This document shows positions 27,718-37,955 of a stretch of 58,066 nucleotides of DNA, in pieces. Source of the DNA: a virus. Lineage: Duplodnaviria > Caudoviricetes. The translations under genes and the position numbers were made by a program. The notes under the pieces were generated by a model, which worked only from the letters and a program-made list of their open reading frames with translations, searched no databases and was not told where the DNA came from. The stretch is taken from the IMG/VR virus record IMGVR_UViG_3300044734_000048, positions 1 to 58,066 of that record; one strand, 5' to 3'. Positions within the stretch are counted from its first letter, which is position 1. Each line of letters opens with the position of its first letter.

Positions 27718-29291
27718 GTGCTCGCTTGCTCTGTCCCGTCCGGCGTGGCAGTACCTACATCAAACATCAAAACCTCTGATGCGCGCTTGGCCGCCATGCT
27801 TAAAGCTACCGCTAAGTCAATCTTTAATGAATATGACCGCTTCACAATTCTCAGCTTCCGGCTCTCTACGTCCAACTTCCTGTCCGCATTCGCCAGATGT
27901 TGCTTCAAGTCTGCGTTGCCATCGTGCGCAACCTGGCGTTGGGTGATTAAATCAAACAACCCCTTGTCGGCTTCCAACCTGGCAGCACCTTGTGGGAATG
28001 GCACATAATTAGTCACTGGCTTTTGCTTCAGCCTTCTAATCATCTGACCTAACAACATTGGATCATAGGCCAATTCCTGCACGGCGTATTGCTTACACAA
28101 ATCTCTAATGTCCTGCTCGATTGAATCAAAGTCTAAAGGTTGGCCCGCAATCGGAACGTATGGACGAACGTAGCGCACAGCAAGCGCGTTTTGTCTTTGT
28201 GGGTGACGGCTGACAACCACAGTGGCAAAGGTGTCGTTACTTTCTCCGGCATCAACACCTAAGACACAGGGAGTGTGAGCGTCAAGAGTAGGCAACTTCT
28301 CTTCGCACGCATCCCACAATGCAATGGAAGGTAGAAACTTTTCTATACCTCCCTCAGACCAAATGTTTCGATGAACGCGATCAAACTCTTCCGGCATCGT
28401 GGCTAAGGCAGAGCGCTCCTGTGCATAATATTCTTCGCTTTGCCAGGAGAGGCGGGGCTGGGTATTCCAGAGCGCAAACAGCCTTGCGGGTCGGTTGGCG
28501 TACATCTCCACATCTTCGTCAAGCCTCAACTCAGGCATGACAGCCTGCTCGTATAAACTCCACAACAGTTCAGACGTATCACGATAACCAGCGTAAGTTT
28601 CAATCCAGCGAAAAGACTTACCAAATTTAGTCGGGCTAAGAGTCATCTCAGCCCACATTTGCATCATGGATTTACCGTGCGCGCCCCACAGTTCCGAGAA
28701 GATTATGCCGTCGGCATTGCTTCCGGCTTCACCCGATGGGTCTATCGGGATGGCTTCAATAAAAGTCTGATTAGGCAGCGTAATTTTATAAGAGCCTGTG
28801 CGAACATGGCAGACTGCTCGGAGTTCAGGGTTAAGCGAGATAGCGCGTCTCAGGTAATAGGCGACGCGAGAATCAGCCTGCTTCAAATCGTTGGCGATAA
28901 TGTAAAACGATCCCCAGCCCGTCTCGGCATCCACCTGAAAGGCGCTCCAAAGAACAACCGCAGCGGCAATGCAGGATTTGAGAGATTTCTTGATGTCGCC
29001 CCAGACGATGATTGAGAAGTTGAACAACCCGTTTTCATCTCTGGATAAAGCTTCTCTTAAAGCTTTCTTCTGATACTGGTCTAATTGAATTGGGCCTTTG
29101 AGTTCCGGCACGTAGAAATATTTCTCTATCCAAGCGATGGGGTCGGGGTCAATAAATCCCTGAACTTTTTCGGTCTGGCTATCTTCCTTTTCCTGCATAC
29201 TGAATTTGAGGCGGACAGCTTCTATCCGATCTGCTACAGGCCAGAGATGTTTCAGTTCCTGTGACAGGGGAAGATTAAGATTGCTACTCAC
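27705..29291 (-). CDS. terL: Terminase large subunit
   Basis: Atypical Walker A IKKSLKS and B IIFSE; nuclease 'LGVDAG..DTFA', 'YDP', 'KIDLAVALSMA'. Confidence 0.9.
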   Translation of the reverse strand: MSSNLNLPLSQELKHLWPVADRIEAVRLKFSMQEKEDSQTEKVQGFIDPDPIAWIEKYFYVPELKGPIQLDQYQKKALREALSRDENGLFNFSIIVWGDIKKSLKSCIAAAVVLWSAFQVDAETGWGSFYIIANDLKQADSRVAYYLRRAISLNPELRAVCHVRTGSYKITLPNQTFIEAIPIDPSGEAGSNADGIIFSELWGAHGKSMMQMWAEMTLSPTKFGKSFRWIETYAGYRDTSELLWSLYEQAVMPELRLDEDVEMYANRPARLFALWNTQPRLSWQSEEYYAQERSALATMPEEFDRVHRNIWSEGGIEKFLPSIALWDACEEKLPTLDAHTPCVLGVDAGESNDTFATVVVSRHPQRQNALAVRYVRPYVPIAGQPLDFDSIEQDIRDLCKQYAVQELAYDPMLLGQMIRRLKQKPVTNYVPFPQGAARLEADKGLFDLITQRQVAHDGNADLKQHLANADRKLDVESRKLRIVKRSYSLKIDLAVALSMAAKRASEVLMFDVGTATPDGTEQASTWNL

Positions 29292-29691
29292 GAATATTCA
29301 AAGCCTCTGCGAATTTTGCCAAGTCAAGTTTGACGCCATCCGTTTCACTCTGCGCGTATTTCAGCCAGTCAAGTAAATCCTTTTCCGTGATGGCGATTTT
29401 AGTTTTCGTCATCTGCCTCACAACCCGCATGGCGATGCGAAGACGTTCTGCTCGACTGGAGATGCCGATCATGTTCGAGAGCGTGTCAACTTCAGCAGAG
29501 AATTCGTCCGCCGCCAAATAATCTCTGATAGTTCTTTCCGCAACTCCGGTCTCGCGCCTAATTTCTTGTTGCGTCTTGCCTTGCGCGAGAGCGAGCGCAA
29601 CCTCTTTCTTTTTAGGCGTCCACTGAAAAACGGCGGATAAGCGGCGGGCGCGGGCGACCTTGATGTCCTTTTTAACTGGCATTTTGCTCAT
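29284..29691 (-). CDS. terS: Terminase small subunit (HTH)
   Basis: HTH 'ALAQGKTQQEIRRETGVAERTI'; overlaps terL. Confidence 0.75.
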   Translation of the reverse strand: MSKMPVKKDIKVARARRLSAVFQWTPKKKEVALALAQGKTQQEIRRETGVAERTIRDYLAADEFSAEVDTLSNMIGISSRAERLRIAMRVVRQMTKTKIAITEKDLLDWLKYAQSETDGVKLDLAKFAEALNIRE

Positions 29692-29840
29692 TCGCCAACA
29701 ATCTCTCCAAAAAGCTCAAGCATCTTCTTGTCCTCTTCGCCACACAACTGCTCGAATGTTTGATGAAGTCCTTAGTGACTTCTATTCCAAACCAGACTAT
29801 CAGGGAGTCGTTCCCCTTCTTTCGAGTGAGCGTGTTGAAA

Positions 29841-30257
29841 TTAGGGATAGACAATGATAGTAATTAACTGTCCCGTTAAAACATCATCTTGCGGAAAATC
29901 CCCCATCGCGCCCGTCATCAGCGTCCACGTATTGTTGTCGGTGCGCGAGCCAAAATAAGCAAAGTTGTTGCCCAGGTTCACAACGCCGCTACATGGCGTT
30001 GTCTTGTTGGCCGGGAAAGCACCTGACAGGGTAGCTGTGTAAATACCCCCATCTGTGCGCGTCCACACAATCGCCCCTACGCTATTCTCTAAAACTGCCG
30101 CTGTCGGCGCATCAGTCCCACTCTGACTAAGTAGCGCAACATATCGTTTGACACCATGCAGACGATTTACTTCTGCCGCCGTCGCCGTGACATCTGTTAC
30201 TTGAGAGAGAGTGGTTGAGCCGCCGCCACCCGAACTTCCACCTGATGTGCTAATCAT
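29841..30257 (-). CDS. Hypothetical structural-like protein
   Basis: 'TATAAEVNRL', 'YVALLSQSGTDAPTA.VLENS' fibre-like motifs. Confidence 0.55.
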   Translation of the reverse strand: MISTSGGSSGGGGSTTLSQVTDVTATAAEVNRLHGVKRYVALLSQSGTDAPTAAVLENSVGAIVWTRTDGGIYTATLSGAFPANKTTPCSGVVNLGNNFAYFGSRTDNNTWTLMTGAMGDFPQDDVLTGQLITIIVYP

Positions 30258-30907
30258 TTAATCACCCCCGTAAAGAAGCAATCCGCACTCCCAATAGTCT
30301 TGCTTGCCGCCGTCGAGCTATTGCACACAACTATTCCAGCGGTGAACGGAAGGCCAGTGATAGGCACGTCCACAGAAAAGTTGCTCGATGCCGGAACGGT
30401 AAACACCAGTGCGGGTACTGCTGCATCAGCGGGCAAAGTAGCCGAATCAAGTAGTTGGATGAACTGAGCAGAGCCTTTGGAGTTATAGCCCATCAATGAG
30501 ATTAGAGTGCCAGGAGATGCTTTCAGAATATGACTTGCTTCTAGTGCAGAGGAGTTGACGCGGGACGCCCCTGCCGCTGCTCCACCTGAAAGTAAAGCTT
30601 CTATCCCATCAGTGAAGCCTTCCAAGCCATCCGTCTGAGCAAGCAAAGCAGTTAATTGTGAAATAAGAGTATCTTGCTTGGCAGAGGTAGCTGCACCTGT
30701 AGGCAGAGGAGAGGTATTTTGAGTGACAACTAAAGCGTTATCAGTGCCATCAGTTTTGACTTTTACTCGTGTATCGGTAGCAGCGTCTTTAATCTCTGCC
30801 GCGCCTATCTCAAAATCCCCGGGACTAACCGTTACCGAGATACTTGCATTTTGGATGGCAGTAAGAATTGCTTGTAACTGTTCCGGGTCTAGTTGCGCTT
30901 TTGACAT
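30254..30907 (-). CDS. Hypothetical structural-like protein
   Basis: 'PLPTGAATSAKQ' motif; beta-rich C-terminus. Confidence 0.55.
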   Translation of the reverse strand: MSKAQLDPEQLQAILTAIQNASISVTVSPGDFEIGAAEIKDAATDTRVKVKTDGTDNALVVTQNTSPLPTGAATSAKQDTLISQLTALLAQTDGLEGFTDGIEALLSGGAAAGASRVNSSALEASHILKASPGTLISLMGYNSKGSAQFIQLLDSATLPADAAVPALVFTVPASSNFSVDVPITGLPFTAGIVVCNSSTAASKTIGSADCFFTGVIK

Positions 30908-30981
30908 CTCGTCTTCTCCTTATTCCCGCTCAAAACTTATTTTGGATAATCCGCTCTCACTCGCTACCTGCTCTAATAATT

Positions 30982-31569
30982 CTAAGTGCGCTCGTGCGGT
31001 CTCCTGTTCAATCTACCCTCAATACCCTTGAGTTGTCCGACCACATTTTTAACCATCGTGGCAGCTTCCGCGCGATGGCCTGTGATTTCATCCTTTAGCT
31101 CTTTGAGCGTTGCTGTGGTCTCTTTCAAAGACTCGTCTATACTTCTGAAAATCTCTTTATCGCTCTCGCCGTGCTTCTGAATTAAATTCGCTATCGAGAG
31201 ATTGGTCTGTGAGTTTTCACGGTCAAACTTTCTTGATAGCTCAACACTCTCCCTTGTCAAAGAAATAGTATCGGAAAGCATGGTCAGCACTGCCGAGAGG
31301 TCAGTCTTAGAAGTCAATTCGCCGATCCTCTGATTCGCCTCTGCCAATTCTTTAGACTGCCGCTCGGCGCGCTGGCGGTAGACGTTCATCTCCGTTTCGG
31401 TCGTGTGCAGTGCCTGATCGAGACGCTCTACGTTTTTGGCTTTGTAGAATTGGTAAGTATTGAGTGCGGCCAGAACAAGGAGGATTACACCTAAGATAAT
31501 CGTCCCTGTCTGGCCTAGCACCACAGGAGTTTGCTGCAATTCGACTTGCAGGAAAATAAGTAGCCACAC
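30982..31569 (-). CDS. Membrane-anchored coiled-coil protein (holin/spanin-like)
   Basis: N-terminal TM then long coiled coil. Confidence 0.5.
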   Translation of the reverse strand: MWLLIFLQVELQQTPVVLGQTGTIILGVILLVLAALNTYQFYKAKNVERLDQALHTTETEMNVYRQRAERQSKELAEANQRIGELTSKTDLSAVLTMLSDTISLTRESVELSRKFDRENSQTNLSIANLIQKHGESDKEIFRSIDESLKETTATLKELKDEITGHRAEAATMVKNVVGQLKGIEGRLNRRPHERT

Positions 31570-31711
31570 TCGCCATCACCCGTTTACCTACCCGTTCTAC
31601 TTCTTCACCGATGCCTTAAGCGCATCAACCTTCGCCTTCAAATCATCAACTTTCCCACTCGGTAAATCCTTGACATTGATAATCGTATTAGGCGACATAT
31701 CTTCCGCCCCA

Positions 31712-32161
31712 TCACTTGCTCAACTTATCAACCTTTTTTTCAAGTCGTCTGAACTTGTCTTCAAGCTCTTGTTTCGCTGCCGCCGTCAGAGGCTCATCCG
31801 ACATAGCGCCTTCGGCACGGCCTACCGTCAGGCGCGCGAATATGTCTCTCCCAAGCTGCGCGACTTCAAGAACGCCAGGTGAAAGAGTTGTATGACGCGC
31901 TAAGACGGCATCAAAAGAGGCAAGCGCCTTCTGGTAATTATCGGCAGATGGATTGCTCTGAAAAGCTGAGACGCCAGCAAGGATGTCATTGAGAGTAGAA
32001 TTATTTGCACGGGTCAGAATCCGTGTCAGGCTGGCGAGCGAGATGTCAACAACTGCCTTTTGTGTTGGTGAGCATTTCGCTCCCGTAAAGCCGCTGGTGA
32101 CTATAGCGAGAGTGAGAATAAGTGAGAGAAGTGTGGTTGTGCGAATCTGATGTCGTTTCAT
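31712..32161 (-). CDS. Putative lipoprotein/secreted protein
   Basis: MKRHQIR-hydrophobic stretch-...AKC leader; AAGGA RBS. Confidence 0.55.
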   Translation of the reverse strand: MKRHQIRTTTLLSLILTLAIVTSGFTGAKCSPTQKAVVDISLASLTRILTRANNSTLNDILAGVSAFQSNPSADNYQKALASFDAVLARHTTLSPGVLEVAQLGRDIFARLTVGRAEGAMSDEPLTAAAKQELEDKFRRLEKKVDKLSK

Positions 32162-33052
32162 ATATTCCTTCCGTCTGCACACTAGGGGCATTCCCTTCTG
32201 CGTGCGTGATAAAGTACGCCTCAAAAGCGGCAAACCGTAATATTAGCCAGAGCCGATATTATTTATGATTCAAGGAGTTGGCTTATACTTTGCCGTGACC
32301 TGCAATCACGGTTGACTTCTATCTCTCACTAAGAGAGCGCAAGCTGCGACCAGGACGTATGCCCCGTTGCTACATCTAGTAGTAGCCCGTTGCCTGGTAA
32401 GACCCGCTGTGGCTTTTGGCTCACAATCGGTAGAAGCAATTTCGCCATCCTTCGTCCATCCCCTTCAAGAGCGGTGTGTCTATTCCACTCTCTACTCATA
32501 CATGGAACACTTGAATCGGTTGCCGTCTTCAACCTTAGCGGTGATTTTTAGGTACTCGCCGCTGCCACATGAACCCTGTGTTACTTTTGGTGACATTAAA
32601 TAATTTGCCACTTTTGGTAACACTGTGCTAGAATCCATTTGTCCAATAAATCCTAGCCTCTGGCTGACGGTTTGGGCGGTTCTTAACTGAGCCGCCCTTT
32701 CCTTTGTCAAATTGAAACGTCTTGCGCTTCAATGCGCCGATAACGCCGCACCCTTGCGTATTACTACACCCCACGCCGCTTTCACTTTATGTCGTAGCTG
32801 GCACGGAAAGCAGAACCAGATAAACCACTGCCCTACAGGAACTAGAGCCACGCGCCGTTGCTTGCCGCAATTTTCACAAAACGTGCAAACCGAAACTTTA
32901 ATAACTGGCATTTTCTTAGCCTTTCTAAAATCTTCTCCACAAAAAATACTAAGGTCGAACCTTATCTCCACTGCGCCGCTGCCGTGAAATCTTGGCTATC
33001 CGAACTCCATAAATGGAATCCAGATGCCAGATACCTTTTCGTTTGCCTATTT

Positions 33053-33337
33053 TCATTTGCTCGAATCCTTTTCTTCAGTAACCTGCTTGTTCTGTAAAAT
33101 CATCTGAGGCTGTGCCACTGCTGCCGCTTTAATCAGACTCCGACCCTTCGCATAGGCCGCTGGTAGATAAGTCCAGCACGCGCCCGCAAACGCGAAGATG
33201 GCTATCTTCTGCAACTCTGTTAGAGTGAGAACATTGAACGCGGCGAGTAGAGCCAGAAGAGCCGATAGAGTCATACCGGCTCCGGTCAGCATAAACTCTG
33301 AAGTCGAAGTACCTGTTTTGATTTCTTCTGCCATCAT
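33053..33337 (-). CDS. Putative holin
   Basis: 'TSTSEFMLT', two TM helices, 'AYAKGRSLIK', charged C-terminus. Confidence 0.65.
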   Translation of the reverse strand: MMAEEIKTGTSTSEFMLTGAGMTLSALLALLAAFNVLTLTELQKIAIFAFAGACWTYLPAAYAKGRSLIKAAAVAQPQMILQNKQVTEEKDSSK

Positions 33338-33499
33338 TTTCCTTTCAACTTCTCGTAATCTTCCCCGACTCGCTGAGCCTCTTCTGCAATCCGCACTGCC
33401 CGTTTATTCAGTGAGTCCAGATCGTTTTTAAGTTCTTCTATAACGATGAAGAGCTTTGCTTGACGCTCGAAGATGTCTGTTTCTGTTTCGGGCATAGGA

Positions 33500-33580
33500 C
33501 AAATAAAAAGCCCGCCGATGGACTCTAATTAAGAATCCACCAACGGGCTGGAACGATCCTGCAATGTCGTTCTTGACCTG
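33500..33580 (-). promoter_or_regulatory. Late-operon leader with two hairpins and a U-tract
   Basis: GAACGA..TCGTTC stem, then GCCCG..CGGGC long stem followed by TTTTTATTT on the minus strand. Confidence 0.5.
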
Positions 33581-33583
33581 TTA

Positions 33584-33823
33584 TTAGTTAATTATCAATT
33601 CCAAGACACGCTGCGCGAGGACAAAGTGTTTTTGACGATTTTCGTAAAGTAGCTTTCTCAGCTTATCGTCTGCCTGTGCCAGGGCTAATAGCTCTAGCCT
33701 GATAGCTGTTAATTCTTCCTGACGAGCAAGGGCACGCTCTCCCGTTTCGCGCAAGGATATATTACCACGATTGTTAGCCTGTGGCTCAATAGAATTTTGT
33801 AGGGTTTCTTCTGCCACGCTCAT
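33584..33823 (-). CDS. Hypothetical coiled-coil protein
   Basis: ORF at the end of the early/middle operon. Confidence 0.5.
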   Translation of the reverse strand: MSVAEETLQNSIEPQANNRGNISLRETGERALARQEELTAIRLELLALAQADDKLRKLLYENRQKHFVLAQRVLELIIN

Positions 33824-34060
33824 CTAATCCCTGATAGCCTGATAGGGCGTCTAATATGTGTTAGACCGCTACAGGTATCCGTTTCTGCGTCCAACAGCCT
33901 TGATTGCAATAGTACATATCAACGTCGCGTCCGAAGTCTTGGGAATACCCACGCCCCTTGTAGTCCATTGGCTGCTTGCAAATTGGACACGCCTCGCGCG
34001 GTCTAACAACCACATCAACCTGACCCGCAATAACATCCTTGCCATCATTCTTTTCTGCGC

Positions 34061-34345
34061 TCATATTGTCCTTTCTCGCTCGGCGCGGGTTAATTCCAGC
34101 GTTATGTCGCTTTGCTGGCGATTCCATTCACTAATCGCCACTTCTAAATGTGGGTAGTGCGCCCCGCGTTGAGCTTGGCCGTCTGGACATCTGTGGCCGA
34201 TGTCATAGTTGTCAACTATGCCCCTCTCAACAGCAATCACAGGTTGAGCGCCACATCGTTTGCAGGGCTTGAGTTTTTTCGACGCGCTGTCTAGCGACTC
34301 ATTCAACTCACTCCGCAATTCCTCTATAGTTTCGGCTCTTATCAT
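34061..34345 (-). CDS. Lar-like Zn-finger protein
   Basis: 'LKPCKRCG...AISEWNR'. Confidence 0.55.
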   Translation of the reverse strand: MIRAETIEELRSELNESLDSASKKLKPCKRCGAQPVIAVERGIVDNYDIGHRCPDGQAQRGAHYPHLEVAISEWNRQQSDITLELTRAERERTI

Positions 34346-34744
34346 CTATCGCGATCCCTTCACTAAACTTTGAATCTCAATTTTCACTCGATACTGTCTT
34401 TTACCCATCGCCTCTTGTTTATATTCAAACTGCGCGGGGCTTGACGGGCTATCATCTACACCTAAGAGGGCTGCAATCTCGTCAACAATTCCCTTCATCG
34501 CGCTTCTGAGATTGTCGCCCTCGTCAAGCAACTTGGGGCCAATGCGGGTAAGAATCACACGACAAGGCAGGGCAATCTTGTTCACGCCTAAAGCGTTTCG
34601 CCATTCCATGCAGACCTCAAGCCGTTGCGCTGCGCGGCGTTTATGAACTGTTCGCCAGTGGTCGCGTCTATTAAGTTCGCTCACCGTCCTAATCGGTAAA
34701 TCAAGAAATAATGTTTTGATTGTCTTGCTCAAACTTTCGCTCAA
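34346..34744 (-). CDS. RusA-like Holliday junction resolvase
   Basis: 'SELNRRDHW', 'LDEGDNL..AMKGIVDEIA..LGVDDS'. Confidence 0.7.
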   Translation of the reverse strand: MSESLSKTIKTLFLDLPIRTVSELNRRDHWRTVHKRRAAQRLEVCMEWRNALGVNKIALPCRVILTRIGPKLLDEGDNLRSAMKGIVDEIAALLGVDDSPSSPAQFEYKQEAMGKRQYRVKIEIQSLVKGSR

Positions 34745-36147
34745 TGCAAAAATGTTTTAGGTTCAGCCTGCACATAGCTTTGATGGCCTTGCCACTCGTC
34801 TCTCCACATGTTTTCAAAGCGCGTAAACTCACGAATGAACGACAATTTAATTGTTCCGGTCGCGCCGTTGCGTTGCTTGCCAACAATAATCTCCGCAATG
34901 CCCGCGTTCTCTTCCGTGCGACTGTACATCTCTTCCCTGTAGATAAAAGCCACCACATCGGCATCGTTTTCAATCGTGCCGGATTCTCTTAAATCGGAAA
35001 GCTGTGGCCGCTTGTCGGCTCGCTGCTCGGTGGCGCGCGAGAGTTGAGCCAAAGCCAGAAGCGGCACGTCAAACTCTTTCGCCAATCCTTTCAGTTCCCT
35101 GGAAATCTGCGAGACTTCCTGCAACCTGTTTTCCGCTTTGGGAACTCGCATCAGTTGAAGATAGTCAACGATGATGAGGTCAAGCCGCTTCTGAGAAGAG
35201 AGAAGCCTGCGACACTTGGCGCGGAGTTGCATCACGGTTAGCCCCGGCGTGTCGTCAATGAAAAGTGGATAGTTGCTCAAGGCTCCGCGCGCACCCGCGA
35301 TCCGTGCCCATTCGTCGCGGTTGAGCATCCCCAGACGGAGCCGGTGGGCGTCCACCCGCGCCATGCTCGAAATCAATCTATCGGTTAGCTGCCCCTTGCC
35401 CATCTCCAAAGAAAAAAGTCCAACGCAAGCGCCGCCGCTCGCGGCGTTCTCCGCGATGTTCAGCGCAAGGCCGGACTTGCCCATTGACGGGCGCGCGGCA
35501 ACAACAATCAAGTCAGTTTTTTGCAATCCCGCCGTGATGTGGTCGAGGTCAATGTAGCCGGTCGTTAAGCCAGTGATTGATTTGCCGCTCTCCCGGCGAG
35601 CTTGTGCGGCCTCGATTCGTTCATCCGCAAGCTGTGAGATTTTGGAGAGACAATCTTTCGCTCCCGCGTCACGAATGGAAAAGATTGCGCTCTCCGCACG
35701 ATCAAGCAAAACATCCGCTTCATCCTCGGCGTCCAATGCCTCGCTCGTGATCTGGCTCGCTGCGCGGATTAGTTGACGAAGTTTCGCCGTCTCCGTCAAA
35801 CGATCCGCAAAGTTTTGAATGTTGACGAAGTGTGGAAGGCCAACCACCAAGCTGGTGATAAACGAGAGTCCGCCAACCGACTCAACCTCACCTTGTTTTT
35901 CGAGTTCCGCACGAATTAAGACCTGGTTAATTTCAGAGCCTTTCTCGAACAGCGCGCACATGGCAAGATAAATTTTGCGGTGCGAAGGGACGTAGAAATG
36001 CCCTGGTAGCAAACGCTCTACAGCCTCGGCTATAAGGGCGTTGTCGAGCAAGATTGCGCCAAGAGTCGCGCGCTCGGCTTCTGCGTCGTTAGGCAGCGGT
36101 CGTTCCAACATTTGATCTCTGTCTACGTTCATCTTCAGCCCCTTCAT
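34741..36147 (-). CDS. dnaB: Replicative DNA helicase
   Basis: AARPSMGKS, FSLEM, IIVDYLQLM, QLSR, DLRESGTIENDAD, KQRNG. Confidence 0.97.
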   Translation of the reverse strand: MKGLKMNVDRDQMLERPLPNDAEAERATLGAILLDNALIAEAVERLLPGHFYVPSHRKIYLAMCALFEKGSEINQVLIRAELEKQGEVESVGGLSFITSLVVGLPHFVNIQNFADRLTETAKLRQLIRAASQITSEALDAEDEADVLLDRAESAIFSIRDAGAKDCLSKISQLADERIEAAQARRESGKSITGLTTGYIDLDHITAGLQKTDLIVVAARPSMGKSGLALNIAENAASGGACVGLFSLEMGKGQLTDRLISSMARVDAHRLRLGMLNRDEWARIAGARGALSNYPLFIDDTPGLTVMQLRAKCRRLLSSQKRLDLIIVDYLQLMRVPKAENRLQEVSQISRELKGLAKEFDVPLLALAQLSRATEQRADKRPQLSDLRESGTIENDADVVAFIYREEMYSRTEENAGIAEIIVGKQRNGATGTIKLSFIREFTRFENMWRDEWQGHQSYVQAEPKTFLH

Positions 36148-37057
36148 GGTTACATTTCGCTAGAAATCGCTTGCCGTCTTTCCAAACTTCCCTTTGACCG
36201 CTGGAGTCGCAGAGCGCACAGGCGTCAATGTGGGTGAGTTTTGCTGGTGGTGAGTTTACGGACGGCGATCCGCGCGCGGCGCGGCTGCGCTGCTCCGCGT
36301 ACATTCGGCAGATAGTCCCGACGTTTTTCGCAGGCGTGAGGTTGGCGTGGCACTGTTTGACGACGCTGCGGAAGAGTACAAGATCGTCAACGTCCGTCGC
36401 CTCAATCTCCGTCTGACCGGGAATGTGGGGAGGGTGTCCGTAGATTTCAGAAAAAACCGCAATGGCGGCGCATGCGCGTTGTTCTCTCTCTGAGGTAGTT
36501 TCTGAAGTAGTCTCTGAATCCTTATATTCGGGATTGAGATTGTGCATCTCCGTAGATTGAGATTCTTCATTTACGTAGATAGAGGTTGTTGATTTACGTA
36601 TATTAGATTTCTTAATCTCTGGAAGCTGAAGTTTATCGAGTTCGGCATCAACTAATTCATGGTTGCGGAAGTAGAGCGTAATGCCTTTTATCTTGTCGTG
36701 GTAGCTGCAATAGAATTTCTGCTTTACCTCTCCCAACTCGTTGACTTCAAAAAGTACGTTGCTGGCTAGCGCCTCATCGTATTGCTTTTTTGAAGTGTAA
36801 CGAACGCCAATAGAATCAAAGGCTGTGCGAAACTCTGCTGTGCTAAATCCTATTTCTTCAGTCCACGAATCGCCCTCTTTGTAGTGTGGTGAGTTCGGGC
36901 AAGGCTCCAAGAATTTGAAGAATCCCTCTGGATGCTTGGCAAACCAATAATCTAGTTGTTGCATGAGAATGCAGCCCGTCACGCTGCCCGCAAGTGCGCG
37001 TAGCGACTTGACGTAAGGGATAGAGTCTCGCGTGATCTGTAGTATCTTATTTTTCAT
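36089..37057 (-). CDS. Replication initiator protein
   Basis: Upstream of dnaB; N-terminal wHTH-like 'ILMQQLDYW'; internal iteron array. Confidence 0.75.
   Translation of the reverse strand: MKNKILQITRDSIPYVKSLRALAGSVTGCILMQQLDYWFAKHPEGFFKFLEPCPNSPHYKEGDSWTEEIGFSTAEFRTAFDSIGVRYTSKKQYDEALASNVLFEVNELGEVKQKFYCSYHDKIKGITLYFRNHELVDAELDKLQLPEIKKSNIRKSTTSIYVNEESQSTEMHNLNPEYKDSETTSETTSEREQRACAAIAVFSEIYGHPPHIPGQTEIEATDVDDLVLFRSVVKQCHANLTPAKNVGTICRMYAEQRSRAARGSPSVNSPPAKLTHIDACALCDSSGQREVWKDGKRFLAKCNHEGAEDERRQRSNVGTTAA
36532..36623. repeat. Four 23-bp iteron-like repeats (putative phage origin)
   Basis: gattgagattgtgcatctccgta / gattgagattcttcatttacgta / gatagaggttgttgatttacgta / tattagatttcttaatctctgga. 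Confidence 0.75.
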
Positions 37058-37740
37058 CAGATAAGATGTCTGCCTGTATATCGTCTGTAATTCGCACCCG
37101 CAACCTTCTTGTTGCGCCTCATTGCATAGAAGCGTAGTCTGCCCCTGATAACTTCCCTGCCTTCAAAATCATTGATAGCCACTACAGAAAGACATTTAAT
37201 GCGCTCGTTTGACAACTCAAGATCGAAAACATGCTTCTTTAGGTATCGGTTAAGCTGTTTGATTTGCTTCTCGTCGGATGTCAGAGTGAGGGCTTCGCGG
37301 ATTTTAGCAACCTTTTGTTGCACGCCACCATTGCAAATAAATTCTTGGGCGACTCTACGTAAAATGTGATTTTCTAGTTCATGTTTGTGAAAGTCGTCTA
37401 TAATTTTTACAAGCTTCTCGTCAAGTGCGTAATACTCGTCTAATGTAGAGACTTCAAATAAAGTAATGCGCTGCTCTACACACAGTTTTCGCTTGCAAGC
37501 GTCTCGGCGTACTTGGTCTCGAAAAGCGAAGGTTGTTCTGTGAAAGTGTGGGACATAGCGGTAGTGTTGCGCGCCCTGTATTTCAAAGGCGATTCGTAAT
37601 TCAGGAAGGTAGAAATCTAGCTCTAGCCGCTCGCCTTCTGGCGACGTTAACCATGCTGGCCTAATGTTCCGCTTAATACTAAACCCGCCAAATTGTTCTA
37701 AGATTACTTTACCGACATTGCTCTCAAGTTTTGATGGCAT
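37057..37740 (-). CDS. PD-(D/E)xK (DUF559/Vsr-like) endonuclease
   Basis: 'RLELDFYLPELRIAFEIQGAQHY...QVRRD..KRKLC'; likely start MPSKLE. Confidence 0.75.
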   Translation of the reverse strand: MPSKLESNVGKVILEQFGGFSIKRNIRPAWLTSPEGERLELDFYLPELRIAFEIQGAQHYRYVPHFHRTTFAFRDQVRRDACKRKLCVEQRITLFEVSTLDEYYALDEKLVKIIDDFHKHELENHILRRVAQEFICNGGVQQKVAKIREALTLTSDEKQIKQLNRYLKKHVFDLELSNERIKCLSVVAINDFEGREVIRGRLRFYAMRRNKKVAGANYRRYTGRHLI

Positions 37741-37783
37741 AAAAGAGTCAACCCCCCGCATCAACCATTCCGCGTATCGCGTG

Positions 37784-37918
37784 CCTGCCAAGGTCACACG
37801 GTCGTTTGAAAACGTTGATGCGGAGGGTTCGCCCCTCAGATAAAAGCCATCTGACTGACACGCTCCGCTAAAAACGGAAAACGCCGTGTCGTGACCTTGG
37901 CAGGTAACTCCGATTATA
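37784..37918 (-). ncRNA. Putative structured 5' leader RNA
   Basis: TATAAT at 37918-13; 14-bp perfect inverted repeat enclosing three short hairpins. Confidence 0.45.
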
Positions 37919-37955
37919 CTCTTTCTGAGGGAAGTTTCAATCACAGTCTACCTTT

